Below the pieces are notes generated by a model. The model saw only the letters and a list, made by a program, of their open reading frames with translations. It had not been told where the DNA came from and ran no database searches. A stretch of 64,000 nucleotides of DNA from NCBI GenBank assembly GCA_038733315.1, contig JAVYPJ010000002.1, forward strand, positions 128,001-192,000. Direction: 5' to 3'. The translations under genes were made by a program, and so were the position numbers. The stretch comes from Candidatus Aenigmatarchaeota archaeon. Its GTDB lineage: Archaea > Aenigmatarchaeota > Aenigmatarchaeia > CG10238-14 > SpSt-28. Shown here piece by piece: positions 40,536-49,324 of the stretch. Numbering within the stretch: the stretch's first letter is position 1; each line of letters begins with the position of its first letter.

Positions 40536-40828
40536 AAGTATTTATTGGAAAGAAAAACAATCAAAAAAGAGTAGAAAGTTTAATAACAAAAAATGAAAAA
40601 ACATCGATGCTTTCTATATATTTTAGAGATTTTAAAACCTTAGGCTTAGGAGATGAGGAAAAATTTGTATTAATTTTAGATGGACCAGAAGAATATCTTA
40701 AAATTGCTGAAAGTTTAGTTAAAGGTTTTGTTGAAACTCCAGATGAAAATTTAGAAAAAGAAATAATTAAAAAGTTTAATGAAGAAGAAAACAGAGCAAA
40801 AGAGGGATTTGGATTTTTATTCTCCTGA
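40532..40828 (+). CDS. Conserved archaeal hypothetical protein
   Basis: C-terminal EEENRAKEGFGFLF motif. Confidence 0.6.
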   Translation: MKVFIGKKNNQKRVESLITKNEKTSMLSIYFRDFKTLGLGDEEKFVLILDGPEEYLKIAESLVKGFVETPDENLEKEIIKKFNEEENRAKEGFGFLFS

Positions 40829-40860
40829 ATATTTTTAATTTTTATTTTAATAATTTATAT

Positions 40861-40935
40861 GCCCCGGTAGCTCAGCATGGATAGAGCGGCGGCCTTCTAA
40901 GCCGTAGGTCGGGGGTTCAAATCCCTCCCGGGGCA
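40861..40935 (+). tRNA. tRNA-Arg(TCT)
   Basis: Cloverleaf; GCGGC-CTTCTAA-GCCGT. Confidence 0.96.
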
Positions 40936-41484
40936 CTATCGAAACATTATTTCAAATTCGCAAAATTCATCTCCATTGGCAATGCATTTGGTTTCTTCAA
41001 CATCTATATTCTTTTCTAGCAAATTAGATAAGACGCCGGAAAAAATTCCAGCTAAATAATAACAAACCTTTGTTTTTTCATTATACTTCTTTTTAAACTC
41101 AATCGCATCGGGAGAACTCTTTACTATTATTTTATTTTGAGATATAAAGCTTATGTCAGAATATCCAATAAACTTTAAAAAACCTAAAACTCTACCAATC
41201 TTTTTCTCATAGTCATTTCCCATTTTTAGAGTCTTTACAATTTCCTTTCCAACCTCGATTCCTATATTGTATAGTATTCCGCCCGCTGCTTTTTTAAAGT
41301 TTTCAGAGAGATGATGATAAAAATCGGCCATGAAATAATCGGCACCAAATAGTATTAAATAAATGTCATATTCAGAAACGAAAATTTCACCCTTTTCATT
41401 TCCATGCAAATTTACACTAGATAATAACTTTTTGAACTCCTCGTTCTTACTCTCTTCAATTTTTTTAATATCCGAATTTATCAT
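40936..41484 (-). CDS. V4R-domain protein
   Basis: VCYYLAGIFSG...EETKCIANGDEFCEF; likely start ATG 41484. Confidence 0.88.
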   Translation of the reverse strand: MINSDIKKIEESKNEEFKKLLSSVNLHGNEKGEIFVSEYDIYLILFGADYFMADFYHHLSENFKKAAGGILYNIGIEVGKEIVKTLKMGNDYEKKIGRVLGFLKFIGYSDISFISQNKIIVKSSPDAIEFKKKYNEKTKVCYYLAGIFSGVLSNLLEKNIDVEETKCIANGDEFCEFEIMFR

Positions 41485-41486
41485 TT

Positions 41487-42116
41487 TTAATAAAATATGG
41501 TTCTGAATAGGCAATATTCATCACCCTTAGCTTTACATTTTTCTTCCACGCATTCTTTTACTTCTCTTCCCCAGATAACAGCAGTAAGACCTGCTAAAAC
41601 TCCTCTAAAAAAATGACATATTGGCTCGTTTTGTTTTTCAGAAACTAGAAAAGTTTCAAAGGAATCATAAATCTTACCTAGAACGTAATTTTCAGTTTCC
41701 TCAACGATTTCAAAATCACTTAACCATCCAGCATGTTTGCCATATCCACCAATTTTATACGACATAGAGTATTTATCATCCTTAGATATCTTTAAAGAAT
41801 TAATAATTCCAATCTTAAGCACCACATTTATTTTTTCCTTAATAGATAAATTTTTGGATTTAACAAACATACTAGCGATATCCATACCACTCTTAAACCC
41901 TATGTCATACAAAATTTTTTTGCTGTACCCCTTAAAGCTTTTTTCTATTTCCGATCTAATTATATAAAAAACGTTTCTTGGCAAAAAAATTAATCTTCTA
42001 TTGAAATATTCTATTATCCCATCTTTATTTGGTTTAGAAGGAAAAAGTTTATTCGATACAGACCATGTAATTTTTAAAATATCATTCAACTCATTTTTTT
42101 GTTTTTCCGAAATCAT
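41487..42116 (-). CDS. V4R-domain protein
   Basis: ILYDIG, ICHFFRGVLAG...EEKCKAKGDEYCLF. Confidence 0.88.
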   Translation of the reverse strand: MISEKQKNELNDILKITWSVSNKLFPSKPNKDGIIEYFNRRLIFLPRNVFYIIRSEIEKSFKGYSKKILYDIGFKSGMDIASMFVKSKNLSIKEKINVVLKIGIINSLKISKDDKYSMSYKIGGYGKHAGWLSDFEIVEETENYVLGKIYDSFETFLVSEKQNEPICHFFRGVLAGLTAVIWGREVKECVEEKCKAKGDEYCLFRTIFY

Positions 42117-42149
42117 AAAATATTTATATCGCTACTCAAATATTTTTCT

Positions 42150-42524
42150 CTACATTAATCTCTCTATCTTTTTAGCTTGTTTTTCCATTTCTAACAACAC
42201 TAAACCAAGATTAGCGTCTTTTTTTATTAAAGATATTAATATAGCATCCTCACCAGCTTTTATACAAACGTATTGACCCTCTGTAGCATTTACTATTACC
42301 TGTTGGAAATTGCCAATCTTAAATTCTTGAATTGTCGTTTCACTAGTACCTACAATAGCTGCTGCCATAGCTGCAACAGCTTTCGAATTTACCTCAGCTG
42401 GCAAATCTGCTGCTATTAATAAGCCATCTACTCTTGCTATTGCAGAACCTATTATATCTCTTACATTTCTTAACTCTTTTAAAATGTTTTCTAGCTGTTG
42501 TCTTTTATCAATCGTTCCCTCCAT
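42150..42524 (-). CDS. Roadblock/LC7 (MglB-like) protein
   Basis: IIGSAIARVDGLLIA, VAAMAA, NLGLVLLEM. Confidence 0.92.
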   Translation of the reverse strand: MEGTIDKRQQLENILKELRNVRDIIGSAIARVDGLLIAADLPAEVNSKAVAAMAAAIVGTSETTIQEFKIGNFQQVIVNATEGQYVCIKAGEDAILISLIKKDANLGLVLLEMEKQAKKIERLM

Positions 42525-42527
42525 AAT

Positions 42528-43679
42528 TTATATATGAAAATACTTAAAGATTTTATCTATTAACTTTTTCAAACCTTCTTCTAAACCTTCGCCTGTTGTC
42601 GCAACAGTTGGAATAACATCTTCCTTAGGTACTCCTAATCTTTTTGCAATTTCTTCTATACTTAAAGCATTCTCTAAATCTTGTTTGTTTGCAAACACAA
42701 CATAAGGAACTCCCTCTTCTCTTGCCTTTTGTAACATTTCTAATGCCCTCGGAAAACTTTCCGGCTTAGTAGAGTCAACAACCAAAATAACTCCAAAAAC
42801 ATCTCTAGCTAATATAGATAAAATCCAATCAAATCTTTCTTGACCTGGTGTTCCAAAGATATCACAAACTAACCCTCTTTTTTCTATGTATCCATGATCT
42901 AATGCTATTGTAGTTCCTAGTCTATTAACAGAAACTGCTCTTTCCGAAAGATTTCTAATAACAGTAGATTTGCCAGCGTGATAAGGTCCGGTTATAAGTA
43001 TTTTTGGAACATATATACTTATACCAGTTAAAGTTTCCGAATATAGAATTCTTGGCTTTCCTTCAACAGTAAAATAATTTGCAAAAAAGAGTTTTTTCTC
43101 TAAGGAATCTAAGTATATTACTTTATCGGCAAATTTCTTAAGTTTTTCTATATCGTTAACATTATAGCCCCAATTAGTGAAAAGAATTAAAAGCGTTGAG
43201 TTTGAAGAGTTTATCTTTTCTTTCCAAGCATTTAAAACGGTTATTATTTTATCTATTCCTAAACCCATAAAGCTTTCTAAAGCATCTAAGACAACAACCT
43301 TAAAACCTTGAATTTCTTCCATAGCCTTGTTAAATAAATCGTTTAACTGAGAAAATGCAGAATCTATATTTGTTAATTTTTCTTTTAAAAAATATTTTGC
43401 ATCGCTTTGTTTGTTTAAGGTAAAAGAAACGGCATCTATAAATTCTAAATCAGAAACTTCGAAGCCATGATAATACATTGTCTTAAGAATTTGGGCTGGA
43501 GTTTTAGTTGTTGTTATGTAGATTGCTTTATCTCCGTCTGTCATTCTATATGAGATTATTTGCTGAGCAAACAAAGATTTATTAACAAATATGCCAGAAA
43601 GTATTAACACTGTACTACCACTATCTATGCCACCATCCAAAATTTCGTCGAGTTTTTCTATTCCTGTTTTTAGTTTCAT
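42528..43679 (-). CDS. Fusion: degenerate KaiC/RAD55-like ATPase domain + MglA-type small GTPase
   Basis: TGIEKLDEILDGG start with broken Walker A (SGIFVNKS); C-terminal GPYHAGKST, TTIALDHG, FGTPGQERF, NKQD, VATTGEG. Confidence 0.9.
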   Translation of the reverse strand: MKLKTGIEKLDEILDGGIDSGSTVLILSGIFVNKSLFAQQIISYRMTDGDKAIYITTTKTPAQILKTMYYHGFEVSDLEFIDAVSFTLNKQSDAKYFLKEKLTNIDSAFSQLNDLFNKAMEEIQGFKVVVLDALESFMGLGIDKIITVLNAWKEKINSSNSTLLILFTNWGYNVNDIEKLKKFADKVIYLDSLEKKLFFANYFTVEGKPRILYSETLTGISIYVPKILITGPYHAGKSTVIRNLSERAVSVNRLGTTIALDHGYIEKRGLVCDIFGTPGQERFDWILSILARDVFGVILVVDSTKPESFPRALEMLQKAREEGVPYVVFANKQDLENALSIEEIAKRLGVPKEDVIPTVATTGEGLEEGLKKLIDKIFKYFHI

Positions 43680-43719
43680 AATAATATAAAGTATTATCGT
43701 AATAAAATATAAATTGTTA

Positions 43720-44412
43720 TTAGAGTATAACTTTTATACCATCGTTTTCTATTTCATATGGAAACCAATCAAAATCGAATTTAGTTGCCATCATCTTATT
43801 AATTCTCATTATTCTTTTCTGAAGTATTTCACTAAAATTCATTTCTATGCAACCATCAAACATTAAAGATAGGCTATCGATTAAAGATTGTGTATGCAAA
43901 GTTGAAAGAAGAGTGCAAACAGTAACTAAGTTAGAAGCTTTGGCTCTTCCAATTATAGAAGAGACAAACCTTAAAGCCAAATCTTGATGTAAAAATAAGA
44001 AAAGTGTAGAAAGGGAGTCTACTACACATCTTTTCGGATTTTTATTTTCTAAATATTTTAAAGCCTTATGAAATTTTAACATAAAATCATTTAAATCTGT
44101 TATCTCTTGAATTACAAACTCGTCACTAACTTTTCCACCAACTCTCCAAGAATACGCATCTATAAAAACTACGATTTTACCCTCTATAACCCATCCAAAC
44201 TTTTTCATATTATTAATTAAGTCTTCTGGCGGCGTATCGAACGTTATATATATACCACTTTCACCCCTAGTTAAACCGGTATATATAAACTGTCCACAAA
44301 AAACTGTTTTACCAACTCCAGATGGCCCGAAAAGTAATATTGATGATTTATCTGGAAATCCACCTTCAATTTTATCATCTAAGCCAATTATTCCGCTAGG
44401 AACTCTTTCCAT
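43720..44412 (-). CDS. KaiC/RAD55-like ATPase
   Basis: SGIIGLD..IEGG, GPSGVGKT, VVDSL. Confidence 0.9.
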   Translation of the reverse strand: MERVPSGIIGLDDKIEGGFPDKSSILLFGPSGVGKTVFCGQFIYTGLTRGESGIYITFDTPPEDLINNMKKFGWVIEGKIVVFIDAYSWRVGGKVSDEFVIQEITDLNDFMLKFHKALKYLENKNPKRCVVDSLSTLFLFLHQDLALRFVSSIIGRAKASNLVTVCTLLSTLHTQSLIDSLSLMFDGCIEMNFSEILQKRIMRINKMMATKFDFDWFPYEIENDGIKVIL

Positions 44413-44444
44413 AAATATTATATTTTTTGATATAAAAGATTTTT

Positions 44445-45203
44445 ATGAGTGTTGAAAGAATATCTTCTGGTATTAAAGGTCTAGATGAAAAAATTGGTGG
44501 TGGATTTCCAAAAAATTCAGTTATATTAATAACCGGAAGTCCTGGAACTGGCAAAACAATATTTTGTACTAATTTTTTATTAGATGGTATTAAAAAGAAT
44601 GAGCCAGGAGTTTTTGTTATAACAGAGCAGAAATCTTCAGATTTAAAGTTTGACATATTCGAAAGTATGAAAATTAATTTAGAGGATTATGAAAAAAACA
44701 ATCTACTAAAAATTATTGAAATAGAGCCAGTTTTTTCTGCATCTCCTCAAAGAATAGAGTTAGAAAGAGAAATGGGAAGTATTATCAAAATATATATATT
44801 TGACTTACTTAAAAAAATAGAAAGTGCAATAAAAGAAATAGGTGCTAAAAGATTATGCATAGATTCTATTTCTTTAATAGAAACATTCATAAAAGATGAG
44901 TACTTAAGAAGGGCTGCCCTTACTTTTTTCTTAAAAAATCTGAAAAACTTAGGAATAGTAACTTTAATAACATCATCTCCAAACGATAAAACCAAAAATT
45001 TAAGCATTTCAGGAATTATAGAGTTTTTGGTTGATGGAATAATTAAATTGAGTTATAAACCAAAATCTAAGGACTTTAAAAGAACGATGACAATACTAAA
45101 AATGAGAAGAACTAAACATAGCGAATTCGTTTTACCTTTCAATATAACTAACGAAGGTATAAAGCTTGTAGAAACTGCAATTCAAGAAAAAATTCAGTTT
45201 TAA
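44445..45203 (+). CDS. KaiC/RAD55-like ATPase
   Basis: GSPGTGKT, ITEQ, CIDSI, VDGII, KMRRTKH. Confidence 0.92.
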   Translation: MSVERISSGIKGLDEKIGGGFPKNSVILITGSPGTGKTIFCTNFLLDGIKKNEPGVFVITEQKSSDLKFDIFESMKINLEDYEKNNLLKIIEIEPVFSASPQRIELEREMGSIIKIYIFDLLKKIESAIKEIGAKRLCIDSISLIETFIKDEYLRRAALTFFLKNLKNLGIVTLITSSPNDKTKNLSISGIIEFLVDGIIKLSYKPKSKDFKRTMTILKMRRTKHSEFVLPFNITNEGIKLVETAIQEKIQF

Positions 45204-45217
45204 ATAAACATAGATTT

Positions 45218-45466
45218 ATGAATATTAGAACAATTTGGATTAAAGTTAAAGCAAGAAAACTTTTAAGAGAAAATAGAGTTAAAAAAGATTTTGAAAATGA
45301 TTTTAGAATACATTTTAGCGTTAAGGGAGATAAAGATGTTCATTATGTTATTTACGATAAGAATAAAAACGAATTTAGCTGCGATTGTAAATGGTTTTCT
45401 ATTAAAAAAAGAGAGTGTAGCCACATTTTAGCTTGCAAAATGCTTATGCAAATAAAATTAGATTAG
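45218..45466 (+). CDS. SWIM zinc-finger protein
   Basis: SCDC...CSHILA. Confidence 0.85.
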   Translation: MNIRTIWIKVKARKLLRENRVKKDFENDFRIHFSVKGDKDVHYVIYDKNKNEFSCDCKWFSIKKRECSHILACKMLMQIKLD

Positions 45467-45502
45467 CTCTTCAAATAATTATTTGATTAGAAAAATAATT
45501 TT

Positions 45503-46117
45503 ATGGGTGATCAAAAAGAAGAAATTATAAATTTTTTTAAGTCTTGGGATGTTCCTAAGATAGTTTTGCTGAATTTTAAAGAAAAAAAAGGTATTAAATT
45601 AGATTTAGAAATTTCTAACGTCATAAAATTTTTAGTAAATGAAAAAAAGTTAAAATGTATATACATATCAATCAGAACTCCTTCTATTCATCTAATTGAA
45701 ATTTTCAAAAAAAATGATATAGACATTTCTAACATTCTTTTTATAGATGTTATATCTCAATACATATACGTTTCTTCTCCAGAAATCTCTATTTCTAGCG
45801 AAGTCAAATCAGAAAAGTTGGAAAATGTAATAATGCTGAGCTCGCCAGTAAATTTAACAGAATTAGGAATAATTTTTCTAGAAATATCTTCATCTTTTGA
45901 AAAAGATAAGAATTGTTTTATCGTTTTGGATTCTTTAGATTCTATCCTTTTGTACATAGAGAAAGATAAATTTTTAAAGTTTTTTCATTTTTTAGTTACT
46001 AAGCTCAAGCTGTTTAAAGTTCTTGGCATATTCATACAAACTTCCGAAAAGAAAGAAATAATAGAAGATGTAAAATATCTGATAGACGAAATATTTACTA
46101 TTCCAGAAGAAATATAA
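45503..46117 (+). CDS. Inactive KaiC-like (RecA-fold) domain protein
   Basis: CIYIS, LFIDVIS, SPVNLTEL, IVLDSLDSILLY; no Walker A. Confidence 0.75.
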   Translation: MGDQKEEIINFFKSWDVPKIVLLNFKEKKGIKLDLEISNVIKFLVNEKKLKCIYISIRTPSIHLIEIFKKNDIDISNILFIDVISQYIYVSSPEISISSEVKSEKLENVIMLSSPVNLTELGIIFLEISSSFEKDKNCFIVLDSLDSILLYIEKDKFLKFFHFLVTKLKLFKVLGIFIQTSEKKEIIEDVKYLIDEIFTIPEEI

Positions 46118-46121
46118 AATT

Positions 46122-46499
46122 ATGAGCTTGGATATGCTTAGTAGCTATATAATGTTTGTAGGCGTTTTTGGTATTATAATAGGTAGCTTAATAACAGCAA
46201 TATTTTTGTTTTTTTCTTCTAGATACTTTATAACTAAGGAATTAAAAAGAATCTTCAGATTTTTATCTTTTTCTGTATTTTTTCTTTTTCTGTACTTTTT
46301 TTCATATATTTACTCTCTTTTCTTTGACTTACAGAAAAACATTGTAATTATAGTCTTTCAAGTAATTTTTATAATTTTGAATTTAACGTTTTTAATTTAT
46401 TCCTCTATACTAATTTATAATATTTCATTAGATTTAGGCTTTGCTAGCCCAAAAAATGTTAAAAAAATAAAGAGATTTATGGAAAAGAAAGAAGAATAA
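46122..46499 (+). CDS. Small three-TM membrane protein
   Basis: Three hydrophobic helices; last gene of the KaiC-like operon. Confidence 0.65.
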   Translation: MSLDMLSSYIMFVGVFGIIIGSLITAIFLFFSSRYFITKELKRIFRFLSFSVFFLFLYFFSYIYSLFFDLQKNIVIIVFQVIFIILNLTFLIYSSILIYNISLDLGFASPKNVKKIKRFMEKKEE

Positions 46500-46558
46500 A
46501 ATTTTGACTACTATAGTAGCCAAAATTTATAAATTTTGACTAATATAGTAGTTAAATT
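46499..46558. promoter_or_regulatory. Tandem palindromic operator-like sites flanking a TATA box
   Basis: 46499-46528 is a 30-bp palindrome with one mismatch (core CTACTATAGTAG); a degenerate copy lies 32 bp downstream; TTTATAAA at 46526-46533. Confidence 0.65.
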
Positions 46559-47884
46559 ATGAAAGAGAAAATCTTAGAGATTTTAGAGGATTGGAATTTT
46601 TGGAAAAAAGAAATAGATATAGGAATAAAAAGGTTAGAATACCTAGAAAAAATAAAGAGTTTTCTTAAAACTAATATGATAATTGCTATAATTGGGCCAA
46701 GAAGGGCTGGAAAATCTTTTATAATGAGGCAAATCGCTAGAGAGTTAATTATTAATGGTATTAATCCAAAAGAAATTTTAATAGTAAATTTTGAAGATAG
46801 AAGATTTATAGATTTTTCGGTTGAGCTCTTAGATAAAATTTTTGAAACGTATTTAGAATTTGTTAAACCAAAATCAAAACCATATGTTTTCTTTGATGAA
46901 ATTCACAAAATTAAAAACTGGGAAAAATGGATAAGAAATTTTCAGGAGTTGCAAAAAGGTAAGGTTATAATTTCTGGTTCAAATGCAAATTTGCTAAAAG
47001 GAGAATTATCTACTTTACTTACTGGAAGACATTTAGATATAGTTGTTTTTCCTCTTAGCTTTAAGGAGTTCTTAGAATTTAAAGGACTAAAAATAGAAGA
47101 TGTTATAGATTTAGTTAATAAAAGAATTGAAATAAAGTCTTTCCTTAGAGAGTATTGTGAATTTGGCGGATTTCCTGAAGTTGTCTTATCTGAAAGTAAA
47201 AAAGATATTTTACTAACTTATTTTGAAGATATAACAACAAAAGATATTCTGCTAAGATATAAAATTAAAAAGGCTAATGAACTAATTAGTTTAGCTAAAT
47301 TCTATCTAACTAATATTTCAAACCCAATAACATTTACTTCCATAGAAAAATCTCTTAACATTTCAGCAGATACTATACAAAAATTTTCACGCTATTTCGA
47401 AGAAACCTTTTTAATATTTTTTATTCATAGATTTTCAAAAAAAGTTAAAGAAGTTGAAAAATCTCCGAAAAAAGTTTATTGTATAGATGTGGGTCTTGCT
47501 AATGTAGTTGCTTTAAGATTTAGCGAAAACATTGGAAGAATTATTGAAAACATAGTTGCAATAGAATTAAAAAGAGTGTCTTTCCGAAATCCTAACATAG
47601 AAATTTTCTATTGGAAGGATTATCAGCAAAACGAAATAGATTTCGTAATAAAAGAAGGCTTAGAAATTAAACAGCTAATCCAAGTAACATATGCATCAAA
47701 TAAAGATGAAATTGAAAAAAGAGAAATAAAAGCTTTATTAAAGGCAAGCGAATTACTTAAATGCAAAGATTTATTAATAATTACTTGGGATTATGAAGAT
47801 GAGATAAATGTTGAAAACAAAAAAATTAAATGCATTCCATTGTGGAAATGGTTGTTATTAAAAGCAAAAAGCAATTATATGTAA
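46559..47884 (+). CDS. COG1373 ATPase (AAA_14 + wHTH + DUF4143), copy 1
   Basis: GPRRAGKS, FFDEIH, SGSNA, GGFPE, KKVYCID, EIDFV. Confidence 0.92.
   Translation: MKEKILEILEDWNFWKKEIDIGIKRLEYLEKIKSFLKTNMIIAIIGPRRAGKSFIMRQIARELIINGINPKEILIVNFEDRRFIDFSVELLDKIFETYLEFVKPKSKPYVFFDEIHKIKNWEKWIRNFQELQKGKVIISGSNANLLKGELSTLLTGRHLDIVVFPLSFKEFLEFKGLKIEDVIDLVNKRIEIKSFLREYCEFGGFPEVVLSESKKDILLTYFEDITTKDILLRYKIKKANELISLAKFYLTNISNPITFTSIEKSLNISADTIQKFSRYFEETFLIFFIHRFSKKVKEVEKSPKKVYCIDVGLANVVALRFSENIGRIIENIVAIELKRVSFRNPNIEIFYWKDYQQNEIDFVIKEGLEIKQLIQVTYASNKDEIEKREIKALLKASELLKCKDLLIITWDYEDEINVENKKIKCIPLWKWLLLKAKSNYM
47618..47857 (+). repeat. Near-identical 3' block shared by the three COG1373 genes, copy 1
   Basis: About 230-240 nt matching 48976-49203 and 50354-50594. 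Confidence 0.9.
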
Positions 47885-47936
47885 AAATGTCATAACTACT
47901 ATGACAAATTTAAATTAAAATGTCATAATAATTATT
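47883..47936. promoter_or_regulatory. Inverted-repeat operator-like site plus half-site repeat flanking a TATA
   Basis: TGTCATA-N5-TATGACA at 47888-47906; AAAATGTCATAA repeated 33 bp downstream; TTTAAA between them. Confidence 0.55.
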
Positions 47937-49211
47937 ATGTTTGATGAAAAACTAGTAATAGAATTTTTCAAATCTATTAAAGAAAGGACGGAAGAAGAAA
48001 AAATTATAGAAAGAGAGTTAAAAGTAGAAAAGATGAAAAACAAAGTAATAAGCATAATTGGGCCAAGAAGGGCTGGAAAATCATATTTCTTGCTTAAACT
48101 ATTTTCTAAGGAAAGTGAAAGTATTTATTTCGATTTAGAAAACATTGCATTCAGAAATGTTAGAGCAGAGGAAATTTTAAAAATAGTGAGAATTTATGAA
48201 AATTATTTTAATGAAAAGGTTAAAAATATTTTTTTAGATGAAATTCAAGTAATTAATAATTGGGAATCCTTAGTTCGATCGCTACTCGATATGGGATACT
48301 ATGTTTTTATTTCTGGTTCTTCTTCAAAACTGCTTTCTAAGGAAATCGCAACACAACTTAGAGGAAGAAGTCTAAGCTATATTTTATTACCATTAAGCTT
48401 TAGAGAGTTTTTAAACTTTAAGGAAATGCAAATAAAACAACTTATTTCGCTAGATGAAGAAATAAAAATAAAGAAATTTTTAGAAGAATTCTTAGAATGG
48501 GGTGGCTATCCAGAAGTTGTATTGTTTTTTGAGAAAAAAGAAAAACTTCTTAAAGAATATTTCGATTTAATTTTCTATAGAGATTTTGTTGAAAGGTTTG
48601 GCATAAAAAGTATAAATGTGGCATCTTTAATTTTTGAATTTATTCTTCAAAACTTTTCAAAAGAAATTAGTATAAGGAAAATAGTTAACTATGTAACTTC
48701 AAACTTAAAAGTTGAAACAAAATCAACTATTTATAATTATTTCGATAAAATTTCTGATATATTTTTTTGCTTTTGCGTAGAAAAGTTTAGAAAGAGCTTA
48801 TATGAAAGAAAAAGCTGGCCAAACAAAATTTATATTTGTGATTTAGGGCTATCTAACTTAGTTAGATTTGAAAAAGATTTTGGAAAGAGGATGGAAAATA
48901 CAGTTTACTTAGAATTACTTAGAAGCACGAATTATAGACCGCTAAGTAAAATATATTATTTTAAAACTGATAATTACGAAGTAGATTTTGTAATAAAAGA
49001 AGGTTTAGAAATTAAGCAGCTAATCCAAGTAACATATGCATCAAATAAAGATGAAATTGAAAAAAGAGAAATAAAAGCTTTATTAAAGGCAAGTGAATTA
49101 CTTAAATGCAAAGATTTATTAATAATTACTCGGGATTATGAGGATGAGTTAAATGTTGAAAACAAAAAAATTAAATGCGCTCCTTTATGGAAATGGTTGT
49201 TAAAAAATTAA
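47937..49211 (+). CDS. COG1373 ATPase (AAA_14 + wHTH + DUF4143), copy 2
   Basis: GPRRAGKS, FLDEIQ, SGSSS, LRGR, GGYPE, EVDFV. Confidence 0.92.
   Translation: MFDEKLVIEFFKSIKERTEEEKIIERELKVEKMKNKVISIIGPRRAGKSYFLLKLFSKESESIYFDLENIAFRNVRAEEILKIVRIYENYFNEKVKNIFLDEIQVINNWESLVRSLLDMGYYVFISGSSSKLLSKEIATQLRGRSLSYILLPLSFREFLNFKEMQIKQLISLDEEIKIKKFLEEFLEWGGYPEVVLFFEKKEKLLKEYFDLIFYRDFVERFGIKSINVASLIFEFILQNFSKEISIRKIVNYVTSNLKVETKSTIYNYFDKISDIFFCFCVEKFRKSLYERKSWPNKIYICDLGLSNLVRFEKDFGKRMENTVYLELLRSTNYRPLSKIYYFKTDNYEVDFVIKEGLEIKQLIQVTYASNKDEIEKREIKALLKASELLKCKDLLIITRDYEDELNVENKKIKCAPLWKWLLKN
48976..49203 (+). repeat. Shared 3' block, copy 2
   Basis: Matches copies 1 and 3 with scattered substitutions. Confidence 0.9.
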
Positions 49212-49324
49212 GCTAACATTTTGAATCTTCCCTATGATAGTTTGGTTTTTATTTCTAGTATAAACATTATTTAAATCTTTAAACTATTAGTATAAATATT
49301 TAAGAATAGAAAGAACATAAAATT

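Noticed and set aside
46499..46558. Mini CRISPR array
   Set aside because: Only two degenerate copies with almost no spacer and no cas genes; fits an operator better. No CRISPR array seen anywhere in the window
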